Positions 14,900-33,755 of a stretch of 64,000 nt of DNA are shown one piece after another. Origin of the DNA: the human T2T-CHM13v2.0 reference genome, Homo sapiens; the NCBI RefSeq assembly GCF_009914755.1, contig NC_060927.1, one strand, 5' to 3'. A program made the position numbers and the translations under genes. Under the pieces are notes generated by a model. It ran no database searches. It had not been told where the DNA came from and was given only the letters and a program-made list of their open reading frames with translations. The number at the start of each line of letters is the position of its first letter. The stretch's first letter is position 1.

Positions 14900-15822
14900 G
14901 TAAGTTTAAATTTTTTGTTGAATTAAAGTCTTTGCATGTAACAGGGAAAAAATTTTTGCCTCTTTAGAAAACATCTTTCATTTTATGAAATATTTTATTT
15001 TGTAAATTTATATTTCTTTCTGTAGAAGATACTGAGACTGTAAAGTCTGATTTGTTATTGAATTTCTCTTTAAATTAGTGAAGCTTTCCTTCTTCACAAA
15101 AGGATTTACACTAAATGGAGGTAAAACTTGAACCATTCCTTTCTTCTGAAGATTATGGCGTTTCGAAATAGAATCTGTGTTCCTATAACTAAAATATTCT
15201 TTAAATTACCAAAGAACTTGTTGAAAGACTTGCTTAAATAAAGGAGCTACATTATTTTGGGATATGATTTTATATTTATATGTTGTTCAGGAACATTTAT
15301 TTCAGAGAGTAACAGGGATCTATAGTGCAATCTTAATTTAGCAATAATATAATTACATTGCTTATTTAGAATGCTGACTATATTTCTGTCTCAAGGCTCT
15401 ATACGAACAAAGTAGAGGCTTAGAAAATGGGAGATTGTCTGGACCATCTGCCACGGTAGATAAAGCTCTGAATCATCATTTGAGTACTGACCTTAAAACT
15501 TTCTCTTGCCCTTCCGTTGTGTTTAATGACCTTTTTCATCTCCTTGGTTGAGCCCTTACTTTTCTTGTTATGACCAGCTCAAATCCTATTTAGTGGTAGA
15601 AATCACCCTGATGCTTTTAGACTTTTGTTCTTAACATATTATTTTCTTTCATGGCATTGCTTTACCAAAAAGTAAAATCACAGAAATCAATAATTTGGTA
15701 CTGTATGCCCAATTTGGCAAGTTTATTTTATAAGAAATATGAGGAAATCATATCATGAGGATGATTTGTGTGTGGGGAGAGTTACGAAATGGTCATGAGA
15801 AACACTTTTTTTTTTATCTTAG

Positions 15823-15957
<135 letters not shown>

Positions 15958-16100
15958 TAAAAAAGAAATTATGGATATTGTAATGAAAAGCTCTTTAAAT
16001 AATTAAGCATAAGCATGGCAGTTTATCTTAAAATAACCAAATCTCAATCTGAACTAAGAATTTTTTAATCCATCCTAGAACATATAAAACTATAATCCTC

Positions 16101-16407
<307 letters not shown>

Positions 16408-16779
16408 TTACAAAGACTGAAAGTGTCAATGACAGTAAACATTAGATTTTCGTGGGAAATTTTGTTCAAAGTACTTCTAACACCTTGAATCCTAAAATGT
16501 TTTGTATCATAGGTATAGGGAAGACCAGAAGGAATAATATGTCTTTTATTATATCTTGTTACAGTATAGAAAAACAAAATGAGAAACTCATGGAATACCT
16601 ATAAATAATGCCTTACACAGAGAGATGTCTAAAAATGTCTAACAAATGAATTGATTTTCAACCAGATTAAAGTGAATTAAAAATACTACATATCTTCATT
16701 GGTACAAATTTTTTAAAGAATCCTTTAAAACCACAAGAAGTTGGTTTCTTACTTTAATGGTGAATAATTAATTTTATAA

Positions 16780-16899
<120 letters not shown>

Positions 16900-16951
16900 T
16901 GACAATTACATACTGTTACATGCCTTGTCAACGCACTAGTTAATGTCTTAA

Positions 16952-17278
<327 letters not shown>

Positions 17279-18254
17279 TGATAGAGTTTTATATTTCATT
17301 TTTTATATCAAGCAGATACATTTTTTTGCATACTTTTTATAAACAACGAATTTTGGTACTTCATTTTTAAAAAAATCATTTTAAGCTTTACAATTTTTTA
17401 AAGAATGATTGCAGTGTGTTCTCAGCCTAACAGAGTAACATAATTTATCCTAAGTTCAATGCCTTAGGAGAGACTTCACCAATGTTAATGCTAGCTGTCA
17501 TTTATTGAGCACCTACTATGTAACAGGTACTGTGCTGAGTGTTTTACAAATATTTATTATTTCATCCCATGTAAAATGTACTATTATTATTCCCTCTTTG
17601 TAGATGAAGAAAGTGAGGCTAAAAGAGTTAAGTGACCTGTCTAGATGGGGTCACTATTTCAACCCGGGCAACTTTGACTCCAGAGCCTGAACTGTTGGTC
17701 ATTATACCATACTGCCACTGCTACCAAAATCCAAAATTAATTTTGTTACTTGTTTTAACAAGTGTTATTGTGAGCCTTGAATGGAGTATATCCCATCATG
17801 TTTTATTATCTGAATGAATTATATTTTAAATACAAATCTTAAACCATTAAATCTTAAGGCAGACCTTACACTTAGTTTGTTTATGCTAACTGGTGCAAAG
17901 AGCTCCATTTTTGAATTACCAAAACCTGGGTTTGTCTTCTGAATCTGCCACCTAAGATACTCAGCATAGTGTAATGGAAAAGAGTACACAGCTTTGGAGT
18001 CAGACAGACCTGGTTTGAGTCCAGGTGCTGCCATTTATTAGCTACGTAACTTTGTGCAATTCACTTATCTTTAAAATGCGGACAAAAATAGTATCCACCT
18101 CATCTGTTAAAATTATTTTATATATAGGTATATTAGTTACATAGTAGATGTTACTGGTTTATCTAACTGAAATGATCATTTTAAAGAATAGTCAACTAGA
18201 AAAGCAAAGTATTATTCAGAAATGGACTAATATTAAACGAATTTTCTCTTGTAG

Positions 18255-18362
<108 letters not shown>

Positions 18363-19037
18363 TAGGAAAAACGAGGGGGTAGGTGGGAAAGAAAATCTTC
18401 CTAAGGTAGCAAACCACCAGAAAAAATTAATAAAACTATGAATATTTCAGCACTATAGGATACTTTATGTAAAAGGATAAAGATACGTCCAGATGCAGTG
18501 GCTCACACCTGTAATCCCAGCACTTTGGGAGGCTACAGAAATTAGCCGGGCGTGGTGGTACGTGCCTGTAATCCCAGCTACTCAAGAGGCTGAGGCAGAA
18601 GAATCACTTCAACCTAGGAGGCAGAGGTTGCAGTGAGCCAAGACCATGCCACTGCACTGCAGCCTGGGTGGCAGTGTGAGACTCCGTCTCCAAAGGAAAA
18701 AAAAAATGGATAAAGATAGAATTAGCTTGTTTGGAGTGAAAACTATAAACTGGTGACAAGGAGACTATTAGGAGATATGTGTCAGATTAAAGAGTTCTTT
18801 TTTAAATTTTTGAATTTTTTTTTAGAGTGGAAGTCTTGCTCTGTTGCCCCAGCTGGGAAGCAGATGGATGGGTATATCCATCCAGTGAAATATATAATGT
18901 GGCCATTAAAAAGAAAGGGATATATGCTGTTATGGAAAGCTATGTGGATTTTCTTTCTTATACATTATATTTTATATACATATTAAAAAGCTAGACACAT
19001 ATATTTTTTCCCCTCTCTTATGGTGCTGAGTGCCTGT

Positions 19038-20509
<1,472 letters not shown>

Positions 20510-20877
20510 GAGTGCCTGTGTTTTTTTAACCAGTCCCCTATTGCTGGTACTTGGGTTCTTTCCAAGTTTTTTGCTATTGTACATACTGCTGTGTTTAATT
20601 TTCCCCCATATTGTTTGCATATTTATGTAACATATCTGGAAAATAAATTTCTGGAAGTGGCATTAATAAGCCAAATAGCACATGCTTTTAAACTTTGGGT
20701 AGATATTGCCAAACTCTTCTCCAAAAAGTTGCACCAGTTGTTTCTTCATCAGTTTCCATGTTTCAGTTTTCCATGTTTCTCTGTAATGGAATTTATCAAA
20801 GTGAAACATTTTTGTTGATAGGGTAATTGAAAAATGTTACCTCATCATTTCAATTTTATATTTCTTTGTAAAGTTGA

Positions 20878-21306
<429 letters not shown>

Positions 21307-21322
21307 TAATAGTAACTAATAA

Positions 21323-21632
<310 letters not shown>

Positions 21633-21758
21633 TGAGTACATTTAATATCAGTGTTTTAATTACTTTCTATGTATTTACTCATTTATAATTATTGTCAGGT
21701 TTGACAGTCTTTAGCTTTTGGGATTTTGTGTCATACAGAGATCTCTGATGATAATTAA

Positions 21759-22043
<285 letters not shown>

Positions 22044-23310
22044 TGATCTCGAACTCCTGGGCTCAAGCAGTCTTCCTGCCTTGGCCTCCCATAGTGCTGG
22101 GATTACAGGCATGAGTCAGCTTGCCCAGCCTGTTTTTGTCTTTTGTTTTGTTTTTGTTTTTTTTTTATTTGACATGGGGACTTGCTCTGTTGCCCAGGCT
22201 GGACTTGAACTCCTGAGCTCAAGCAACCTTCCCACCTCAGCTCCTGAGTAGCTAGGACTACAGACGTGCCACTGCTCCCAGCTTACTATTTTTTAATGAA
22301 ATAGGAAGGTGCTACACATGCTTATTTTATACCTTGCTTTTTAAAAACATAACAGTATATGTAGCATCTCCTCCCATGTTACTACATACAGATTCTCCTT
22401 ATTCTTTTTAGTAGGTACATAGTAGTCCATTATGTGGATGAATCATAATTTAACCAGTTAGTCTCATGTTGATAAATATTTTAATTACGGTTTGGATAGT
22501 TATACTCTAAAGAGTAGACAAGAAAGAGAACGTTATTTAATCCTTCAAAAAAGATCAATAAACATAACCTCACAAAGGCATATAATCTCCCATAGGGTAA
22601 GTGAGCTGGTTGAGGTTCATAAAGTGACTTATTTAACTGTGATAAATTTTTAGTCCTATGAAAAACTATGTATTCTATAAAAACAGAAAGTAAAAGGTTT
22701 GATGGAGAAGGGACTACTTCAGGAATGTGTGATTGTTTGTGCAAAGACTTAGATATGGAAGAGGGAAAGCACCTGTATAAAATAAGAGATTATTCAATTT
22801 GTGAAGAAGGACAAGGACAAGTAAGTAGATGTTAGAGTTGGAGAATATTTTTCTTAATCTTGATTTTTCTTGCTTTCTATTTATGTTTGTATAAATATTG
22901 ACTGAGTATCTGATGTTGACCGGGCCTGGTATAATGCTGGTGAATAAAAAACCAGTTCTACTCTCGAAAAGTTTTCTGTCCTAATGGTGATAGGCAGACA
23001 CAAGATGTGAAACTCCAAAAAAGCTTATTCATTTGTTAATTCCTAACACCTGGCACAGCATATGGCCATAGTAGTAGACATTCTGTAAATGACTCTCCTA
23101 GCATCTAAAAGGTGAGAAGATAGGAAAAGCACTGTAACAATTCAGATGAAAGTGATCTGTGCAGGCACACTGAAGGAGAGAATTCGCTATCAATTTGAGT
23201 AATGTTTTGGTGTTAAAAACTGTTTGGTAGGCCGGGTGCGGTGGCTCACGCCTGTAATCCCAGCACTTTGGGAGGCCAAGGCAGGCAGATCACGACGAGG
23301 TCAGGAGTTA

Positions 23311-23547
<237 letters not shown>

Positions 23548-23714
23548 CTATCTATATAAGCAACATAATAAAAGTCAAAAATAAGTCCCAAATTTTGGTT
23601 ATAGATATATACCAGATGTATGCCTACATAAGGGTCTGTGGAGGAGCATTATACTTTACATAAAAGCAGACTCCAGTGATTGTCCTTTATGGAAATGGCT
23701 CATTAAATTTATAA

Positions 23715-23879
<165 letters not shown>

Positions 23880-23922
23880 GCATTTTTTTCTCCAAATACA
23901 AAGTATATTCTCTTTATTGGAA

Positions 23923-23936
23923 AATAAATTAATAAA
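23923..23936 (+). terminator. NDUFB5 proximal polyadenylation signals (two AATAAA)
   Basis: AATAAA at 23923 and 23931, about 45 nt after the stop; further AATAAA at 24070 and 24303. Confidence 0.75.
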
Positions 23937-24389
23937 TATATTCTGTATTTTTGCTCTCCGTGAAAAACAAAAGAGCCTCTGACATTACTGTCTCTCAGTG
24001 TTGGTTCAGATTGAGGCTTTTGTTTGAGGAGTTTGGCTTCCAGTCCCCAAAGAAGGTTTAAAATGTACTAATAAAAACTGGAGAAATAGGAATTTGTGAA
24101 CTCCTAAAATTGTAGCAACTTTGAAAGGTTAGTGTTTTATTTACCTGACAAATGGAAGTTATAGAAGTCTAATAATGTTAAGCACCAGTAATTATAGTAT
24201 TTTGTACAAATGCCTGTACTGTAGATGTCTGTATTATTGAGGGGCAACTCAGGATTTTAAGTTCCATAAAGTATTGAACCAACTCTAAAATGTTAACTCC
24301 TTAATAAACAGATTCTCAGTAAACAAATTTTAAAGTTTATAATGCTTTCATGGTTTTTTTTTTTGCCATGTATTGTTCTTTTTTAAACT

Positions 24390-24408
24390 ACACACAGACA
24401 CACAGACA

Positions 24409-24443
<35 letters not shown>
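24390..24443. repeat. Imperfect (CA)n microsatellite
   Basis: Visible directly; ~450 bp downstream of the NDUFB5 proximal polyA signals. Confidence 0.95.
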
Positions 24444-24446
<3 letters not shown>

Positions 24447-26315
24447 CTTTTCCTAGATGCAATCTCTGGGATCCCTTAGAGTCCTTTTTTGGGGAAGTAG
24501 TTGCACTAGGTAATGTGATTCCTGCAGAGATTATAAAATGTGAGTAAAAGCTAAAAATGACTCATTTATTAAGCATTTATTGTCTGCTAGACACTATATT
24601 AAATAACTGCATTTTTTAACATTATTTTCTTTTCTTTTTTTTTTTTTTTTTTTTTGACGAAATCTTGCACTGTCACCCAGGCTAGAGTGCAGTGCCGTGA
24701 TCTCGGCTGCAACCTCCGCCTCCCGGGTTCAAGCAATTCTTGTCTCAGCCTCCCAAGTAGCTGGGATTACAGGCACCCACCACCACACCCGGCTAATTTT
24801 TGTATTTTTCAGTAAAGACTGTTTCGCTGTGTTGGCCAGGCTGGTCTTGAACTTCTGACCTCAGGTGATTGGCCTGTCTCCACTTCCCAAAGTGCTGATT
24901 ACAGGCCTGAGCCACTGCACCCAACATTATTTTCAAAATGACAAGAGGTAGTATTTAGTACCTGAGGCTCAGATGTTAAACACAAACTCAGTATTTACAA
25001 AAATAAACATTTAAAACATTTACACTTCAACTTCCAAAATGGCTTTTTACCATAAACATTCAGGATTTTCAAACCTGTAACAGCTTATCAATGCATCTCA
25101 TCTTAGAAGTATGTTTTACATTCTTCATAAAAATAAAAATGAACCCAGGCTTCCTAAGATTCAGGCCAGTGGGTCTCCACTTAAGGCCAAATGGAGAAAT
25201 AATTTTTTGCTGCCTAAACACACAAGTGAATTGAAAAGCCACAGGCCATTCATTCAACAAATAACTTTATTATTTTTATTGATAATGTACTTGTAATGTG
25301 CTATTTTGATACATGTATGCAAAGTATAATGGTCAAATCAGGGTATTTGAATATACATATATTTCAAAATATAGTTATATATTTCAAAATAAGATATAGC
25401 AAGTTAGAAGTATATATAAGTATATTATTATATGTTATTGTTAACTATAATTTACCTACTGTACTATCAAATACTAGAACTTATTCCTTGTATCTAAATG
25501 TATTCTTGTAACCATTAACTAACTTTTCTGAATTTCCTACTCTCCCCTTCCCTTCCCAGCCTTGTAACCACCTTTCTACTCTGCCTCCATGAGACCCATT
25601 TTTTAATCTCCCACATATGAGTGAGAACATTCAATATTTGTCTTTCTAGGCTTGGCTTATTTCACTTACATTAATGACCTCCAGTTCCATCCATGTTGCT
25701 ACAAATGACAGAATCCCATTCTTTTTCATAATATTGTCCATACATACCACATTTTCTATATCCATTTATCTGTTGATGGACACAGGTTGCAAAGGGATTG
25801 CTGGATTGTATGATAATTCTATGTGTAGTTTCTTGAGGAACCTTCATGGTGTTCTTCATAGTGGTTGTACTACTGTACATTCCTACCAATGGTGGATGAG
25901 CGTTCCCCTTTCTCCACATCCTCACAAGCATTTGTTATTTTTTCTTTTTTTTCAAATGAACATTTTAACTGGGGTGAGATATCTTAATGTGGTATTGGTT
26001 TACATTTCCCTAATTATGGTTGAGCATTTTTTCACATATCTAATGGCCATTCATATGTCTTCCTTTGAGAAATGTCTATACAGATCTCTGGCCCTTTTTT
26101 TAAATTTTTTTTTTTTTTGAATTGGGGTCACCCAGTCTGGAGGTGATCTGGGCTTCCACATCCTGGGCTCAAGTGATCATTCCACCTCAGGATGACCCAA
26201 ATAGCTAGGACCAAAGGCGAGTGCCACCATGCTCAGCTAATTTTTTTGTATTTTTTGTAGCGACTGGGTTTCACCATGTTGCCCAGGCTGGTCTTGAACT
26301 CCTGTGCTCAAGTGA

Positions 26316-26606
<291 letters not shown>

Positions 26607-26758
26607 TGATCCACCCACCTTGGTCTCCCAAAGTGCTGGGATTACAGGTGTGAGCCACTGCGCCCAGCCTGTCCATTTTTTAATCAGGTTATGGGTTTTT
26701 TGCTATTGAATTGTTTGAGTTCCTTATATATTCTGGTTATGAATCCCTTGTTAGATGG

Positions 26759-27669
26759 TGTGTTAGGCCATTCTTGTGTTGCTATAAAGAAAATCCTGAG
26801 TCTGGGTAATTTATAAAGAAAAAAGGTGTAAATGGCTCATAGTTCTGCAGACTGTACAGGAAGCATGGCACCAGCATTGCTTGGCTTCTGGGGAGGCCTC
26901 AAGGAACTTTCACTCATAGCAGAAAGCAAAGCAGGAGCAGGCACATCACATGGCAAGAGAGCAAGAGAGAGAGGTGGAGGAGATGCCACACACTGTTTTA
27001 AACAACCAGATCTCTCAGGAACTCATTGTTGTTAGAAAAGGAATTAAAAGAAATCAAAGAGTGTGTAAGCAGAAACTCAGTTGTACGTAAGAAAACCCAA
27101 TTCCCCCTGAGAAAGAGAAAGAGCTGGAGTCCTTTAAAAATTCACTGCCTGTTTTTCTGGTGGCTAGTGAGTGTTAGCTCTCCTCCCTTCCCAGGCATTG
27201 TGAAGACCCTGTTTCCCTAGCTGTGCAGCTGCAAGGTCACTAGACAGATAAACTCAAGTCGCAAAACATGTTTTTCCTTGAAAAGTAAGAAATGATGTAA
27301 TGCATGTCTTGACTGAATAACTGTCTTTGTTTCTTGCTTCTGTAATATGCTTCCCCCTGCACAGATCTCCCCCTGCCCCACGAAATGCTTAAAAGCTAAC
27401 TTAACTCTTTGTTCAGGGCTCAGTCCTTTGGATGTTAATCTGACTGGGCCGGAGCACCTAAATAATAAATATTCTCCTGAACCCCATCGGTCTCTCTGAT
27501 TCCTTAAAAATCCTGCAACATTGTGAGGACAGCATCAACAGGATGATGCTAAACGATTCGTGAGAAATTTGCCATTATGATCCAATCACCTCCCACCAGG
27601 CCCCACGTCCAACACTGGGAATCACATTTCAACATGAGAGTTGGGGGGACGAATATCCAAACTCTGTCA
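26759..27669 (-). mobile_element. MaLR LTR (MST-type), split by an inner LTR
   Basis: tg...ca termini, MST-like sequence (gggtaatttataaagaaaaaagg...; ccaatcacctcccaccaggcccc), 5-bp TSD gatgg/tatgg. Confidence 0.85.
27030..27520 (+). mobile_element. Solo ERV1-class LTR (LTR15-like)
   Basis: tgtt...aaca inverted termini, 4-bp TSD ttgt (27026-27029 / 27521-27524), AATAAA near the 3' end; subfamily from memory. Confidence 0.8.
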
Positions 27670-30600
27670 TATGGATAGTTTGCAGATATTTTCTCCTACT
27701 CTGTAGGTTGTCTCTTCACTTTTTTAATTGCTTCCTTTGCTCTACAGAAGCTTTTGTAGCTCAACATAATCCCATCTGTCTTTCTATGTTTTTGTTGCCT
27801 GTGCTTTTGAGATCTTACCCAAAAAAATCTTTGCCCAGACCGATGTCCTCTATCATTTCCCCAATGTTTTCTTTTAATAGTTTTATAGTTTCAGGTCTTA
27901 CATTTAATCTTTAATCCATTTCGAGTTGATTTTTATATATAGTGAAAGATGGGGATCTAGTTTCATTCTTCTGCATATGGATATCCGGTTTTCCCAGCAC
28001 AATTTGTTGAAGACACTGGCAGCTATGTGGGATCTTTTGTAGTTCCATATACATCTTAGAATTTTTTTTTCTATTTTTGTGAAGAATGTCACTGGTATTG
28101 TGATAAGGATTGTATTGAATCTGTAGATTCCTTTGGGTAGTACAGACATTTTAACAATGTTGATTATTCCAATCCACGAGTATGGGATATCTACCTTTCC
28201 ATTTTTTGGTGCCCTCTTCAATTTCTTTAATTAGTGTTGTATAGTGTTCCTTGTAGAGATCTTTCACTTCTTTGGATAAATTCATTCCTAGGTTTATGTT
28301 GTTGTTAGTTTGTTTTGTTTTTAGATTTCCCTATGCAATCTAATTACCACCTCATAATTCTGCCAAAGGATTTGGGAGAAGGGCATATTTTCTCTAAAGC
28401 CCCTGCTTATGCAAACCAGTTTGTAGAAGAGGGATAAAGAGAATTGAAGCAGATAGCTCTCGTACATGGTGATAGTAAATGATCCTAGATTTATATGCTT
28501 TGATATATTCACCTTAAAAAAATAACCTACAGGATGTTTTTTGACAGTTGTAGTTTTTACTTTATTTTCTCCTTTCTACTATTATAAATGTAAGAAAAGC
28601 TTAGAATAAAAAATATGGAAAATATACAATAAATACTGATAATCCTAACGTTCATAAAGACATTTCAGAAGTTTCCTCTAGGCTTTATTTAACACAGCTG
28701 GGATCACGTATAAAAAATGGGATCAGCTTTTGTGGTGGAGTGCGTGGCTCACGCCTGTAATCCCAGTACTTTGGGAGGATGAGGCAGGAGGATTGCTTGA
28801 GGTCAGGAGTTCAATGCCAGCCTGGCCAACATGGTGAAACCCTGTCTCTACTAAAAATACAAAAAATTAGCCGAACCTAGTAGCATACACCTGTAATTCC
28901 AGCTACTCAGGAGGCTGAGGCAAAAGAATCGCTTCAACTTGGGAGGCAGAAGTTGCAGTAAGCCAAGATCATGCCACTGAACTGCAGCCTGAGTGACAGA
29001 GCGAGACTGTCTCAAAAAAAAAAAAAAAAAAAAAGTAAAATAAAATGGGATTGACCTTTTTTTTCTTTTTTAAGTTGTAAAGTGTTTCTTGGGAAAAAAA
29101 AGTGTCAATTAAAGCTAATATATGTGTTTATATTGATTCTTATGCTAACTTTTTAAAAGTTCAAATAGTTAAACGTGTTCAATATTGGTCAAGGGAAAGA
29201 AAAAGGCACTTGGAGTAAGCACTTGGAGTAAGCTATGGGGTCCCAAGGTAGCCCAAGGGTTACTGGAATGACTGTGAGCTGTAACCCGAGGATGCGTGGA
29301 GGGAGGGGAAGAATACCATATTCCAAGTAGAGAAAATAAGAGGCAAGAGAAAATTGAAATGAAAACCGTTTGGAGAAGCCTGAAATATAGGGCATAAGTG
29401 AGTGAGGTGAGAGTGCGGATGAGATTATTTGCACTATTTCAGCTCTCGGTGAAGATTTGGATCTCATCCTAAGGACCATGAGATGTCATTGAAGTGTTTT
29501 AAATGGGGAAATGACATGATTGGATTTGTTTTTTAAAGATCACGCTGGCTACATGGCGGAGAACAAATTAAAGATAGTGAGTGTAAATTATTCATTCTCA
29601 ATGGAATCAATATTATCCTTAAAGGGGACAAAAATTGGTTCTTGGGGGATAAAAAGATCTTACTTTTTTATGTACAAAGCATAGCTATACATACATGAGC
29701 AGATATATAGTACATTTGTGGTATTAAAATTTTATGGTAGGGGAAGGAACAATTTGGGGAAAAAAATCTAACATGCTCCATAGGGGGTGATAGTGGAAAA
29801 AATGATTGAGAAAAACTGACATAAATGCAGGGAAAACCAGTTGGAAAGTTGTTCTGATCATCCAAGTGAGAGATGGTGATCACAAGGTGAGGCCAGTAGC
29901 AATGGGGATGGATGAAAACAAATGTAAGAAATTGAATGATATTGAGGTGATAGAATTAACAAGACTTGGTGAATCAACTGAGTGTTTTGGGAAATGGAAA
30001 TAAGGAGTGAAGCATAAATCCTATTTCTGGATTAACCAATGGGGTATTGCTGCTGTTTGCTGAAATGGGGAGGATCGATAGGAGAAACAGTTTTGATACA
30101 GAAGACGAGTTCAGTTTTGGACTTGATTTTGAGGTGCTCCAGATCCCTGCAGACCTTCTCTCCCATATAGTGTAGGGAGATAAAAGGACCTAGGACAGAG
30201 TCCTGGGAGACAGTAATATTCATGGCAAAAGAAAATGAGAAGGTGGTGTCACAGAAGCTAAGAGAAGAAAGTGTTTTGAGAGGGAAAAGTAAGGACTAAA
30301 AGATTAAAAGAGTTGATTTAGCAACCCGGGGGCCATTCGTGACCTCAATGGAAACAGATGCTATGGTTGAGTGGAACAGAAGCCAGTTTAGGCCGAGGAA
30401 GACGGGGAGTGATGGAAGGGAGGCAACTTCAAGACATTTGGCAGTGCAGAGGAGAAAAGAGGTAGGTAAATTTAACAGCACATGGAGGAGCTAGTCAATG
30501 GACAATTTGTGGGGAGAGGCTTCCATATATTAAATGCTGAGCAGAAAGGGTAGTAGAGAGGGAGAGGTTGAAGATAGAGATTAAAAAAAGGAGTACTTGA

Positions 30601-32766
30601 TGGGCTGAGATATCTGGGAAGGCAGGAGGAAAGGAGATCCTAGGGAGGTGAAGGGAAAGATTAGGCAGTAGGTTTGGTGGTAGGAGGCTGGCATAGTTCT
30701 TACCTGATAATTTCTCTTTTTTGCTGGTGCAAGAGGAAAGGTCATCTGCTGAGAGGGTAAGGGGAAGTGGGATTTTGAGAAAACTGAGAAAAGAAAGTAG
30801 TTGCAGAGAATAGGAGAGTGAGATAACATGGGGAAAGTGGTCTTTTGACTAAGCATCATCGAGAGCCCATTTGAGATTGGCAACCATTTATTCATTGTGG
30901 CACTACCTGTGAAGTTGGTGGCCTCTTTTGGCAGCACTTAGTAGCCTGAGTGCATGTGCAGGGAAGGTAGATGTTGGAGGATGAAGGTTGCTTGGACAGG
31001 AGCAATGGAAGGACCATGGGGAAAGGAAACCTATGGCATTAAGGAGAGTGTCTGACACAATGAACCAGGAAATAATCTTCTTAGGGGAGGAAGTGAAGTG
31101 GGGAAGTGTGACGTTTAGATTGAAGAACTGGTGTATTATGCAAAATTGAGCATGGAAGCTGGAAGGATTTGAAGTTGTCTTCAAAGAGCGGACTCTCATT
31201 CCATTCTGCTTCTAATTAGCTCTTTATATCCTTGCTCATCTGGTATAGATCCCTGTTACTCAACTAAATTATATTGGTATCCTTCCTTCCAGTTTCCCCT
31301 TACTGCAAACCTTTCACCATACTTACCCAAAGTGATCTTTCTAATTTTTAAATCTAATCACACCCTCTGATCTTTAATAGCCTTCAGGTAGTGGCCTGAA
31401 ACACTGTCTAATCTTTTTTTCTTTCTTTCTTTTTTTTTTTTTTTTTTGAGATGGGAGTCTCATTCTGTCACCCAGGCTGGAGTGCCGTGGCGTGATCTCG
31501 GCTCACCGTAACCTCTGCCTTCTGGGTTCAAGTGATTCTCCTGCCTCAGCCTCCTGAGTAGCTGGGACTACAGGTGCCCACCACCGTGCCTGGCTAATTT
31601 TTGTATTTTTAGTAGAAATGGGGTTTTGTCATGTTGGCCAGGCTGGTCTTGAACTCCTGACCTCCGGTGATCCACCTGCCTCAGCCTCCCAAAGCACGGG
31701 ATTACAGGTGTGAGCCACCACGCCCAGCTGAACACTGTCTAATCTTACCCCCTACAAGTTCTCACATCACTCTGGCCCATAAACTTACTAAGCAACTTGC
31801 TCTTCCCAGAATAAGCCACATTGTCACATCTGCCATTTGAATGACTGATCATATTCTCATTCTTCAAGTCTTAGCTCAGAAGCTACCTCCTTTATGAAGT
31901 CAAAGGTGAACGCGTGCCATCCTGAATTCTTCCATAGGATGGCATTTTAAAAAATTGTTATGACATTTTCTATTGTATTAGGCTGTATACAAATCATCAG
32001 GTCTTACTGACCTGACAGCTCCTTTAGAAAAGGTGCCATGCTTATTCATCTTATTATCCCCAGCTCGTTTCGTACCCTCTGGAACACAGTAGACACTGAG
32101 TAAAGATCTGTTGAGTGGATGATATATGGGATTAACATGGTTTGGGGTTATCTTTATTCTTTTTTATTTTTATTTTTTAGACAGAGTCTCTGTCACCCAG
32201 ACCAGAGTGCAGTGGCATGATCTTGGCTTACTGCAACCTCCACATCCCAGGTTCAAGTGATCTTCGTGCCTCAGCCTCTGGAGTAGCTGGGATTGCAAGC
32301 GTGTACCACCAGGCCCATTTAATTTTTGTATTTTTAGTAGAGATGGGGTTTCGCCATGTTGTCCAGACCGGTTTCCAACTCCTGACCTCAGGTGATCCGC
32401 CCACCTCCCAAAGTGCTGGGATTACAGGCGTGAGCCACTGCGCCCAGCCAGGTTTTGGGTTATCTTTAAATAATCTTTTTTCTTTTCTGCAATTCTACAG
32501 GAGCCCGGCATTATAAAAAGACATGGTGTAAGTTGAACAGACTTCAGACTAAATCCAATCACAAAGAAACATTGAACAAACAAACAAAAAATAAACACTT
32601 TATTTTGAAAACAGTGAGTGGACTGTGTTCATTAAAAATGTGAATATAGGCTGGGCGTGGGCTCACACCTATAATCCCAGCACTTTGGAGACCGAGGCGG
32701 ACAGATCACCTGAGTTAGGGAGTTCGAGACCAGCCTGACCAACATGGAGAAACCCCGTCTCTACTA

Positions 32767-32925
<159 letters not shown>

Positions 32926-33115
32926 TCAAAAAAAAAAAAAAAAAAGAATATAATCCAGGTGTGGTGGCTCATGCCTGTAATCCCAGGACAGCAGTTTGGA
33001 GGCAAAGGTGGAAGGATTGCTTGAGGCCAGGAGTTCAAGACAAGCTTAGGTAACATAGTGAGCAAGACCCCATCCCTACAAAAAGAATTTTAAAAACTAT
33101 CACCTGTGGTCCTAG

Positions 33116-33755
33116 TGAAGCGTTGTTGTTCATCTGGGATAATGTCTGAGGTTGCCTCACACCAAGGAAATCAAGGATGCAGACACACAAGGAATGAGGT
33201 TAAGAGTGGAGGTTTAATAGGTGAAAGAAAGAGAAAAGCGCTCTCCTGCAGAGAGAGGGGCTCCCAAGAGCACATCTTCTGGGTCTGTGTTGAAATGCAC
33301 AGGGTTTTATAGACTAGCTTGAGGAGGTGGTGTCTGATTTACATAGGGCCCAAAAGATTGCTCAGATCAGGTGTGCCATTTACATAGCGCAAAGAAGCTG
33401 GCCACCCCACCATAACCTTTTATTATGCATATGGATTCTCCACCTGGCTGGTGCCATGCTGACTGTTCCTTTACTGTACATGTGGTGACAAAGCAAAGGG
33501 AAGACGGAGCCTCCATGTGGAACATCCTGACTTCCAGGTAGCCCTTTTCTATTGGCACAGCTACCGGCATTCACCCGTGTAAACTTCCAGCTTGCTTCCA
33601 GCTTGCTTATCCATGTGTGCAGCTCAATTTTACAGGCTGTTCTTTGTTAGAAAAGAAATGATTTGGGGGCTGCTTTTTGTTAAAAGGAAAGCCGTGCTGA
33701 GAACTCGCTTACCTTCACTATCTGCCTAAATAATTTCTTTTTAGCTTCTGTATCA
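33116..33755 (-). mobile_element. Solo ERV1-class LTR (MER50-like) inserted inside an Alu
   Basis: tga...tca termini, 4-bp TSD ctag (33112-33115 / 33756-33759); the flanks rejoin as Alu sequence cctgtggtc[ctag]ctact; subfamily from memory. Confidence 0.8.

Noticed and set aside
29206-29233. 13-bp duplication gcacttggagtaa x2 (similar ones at ~1699, ~20750, ~33584)
   Set aside because: Ordinary slippage micro-duplications with no functional context.
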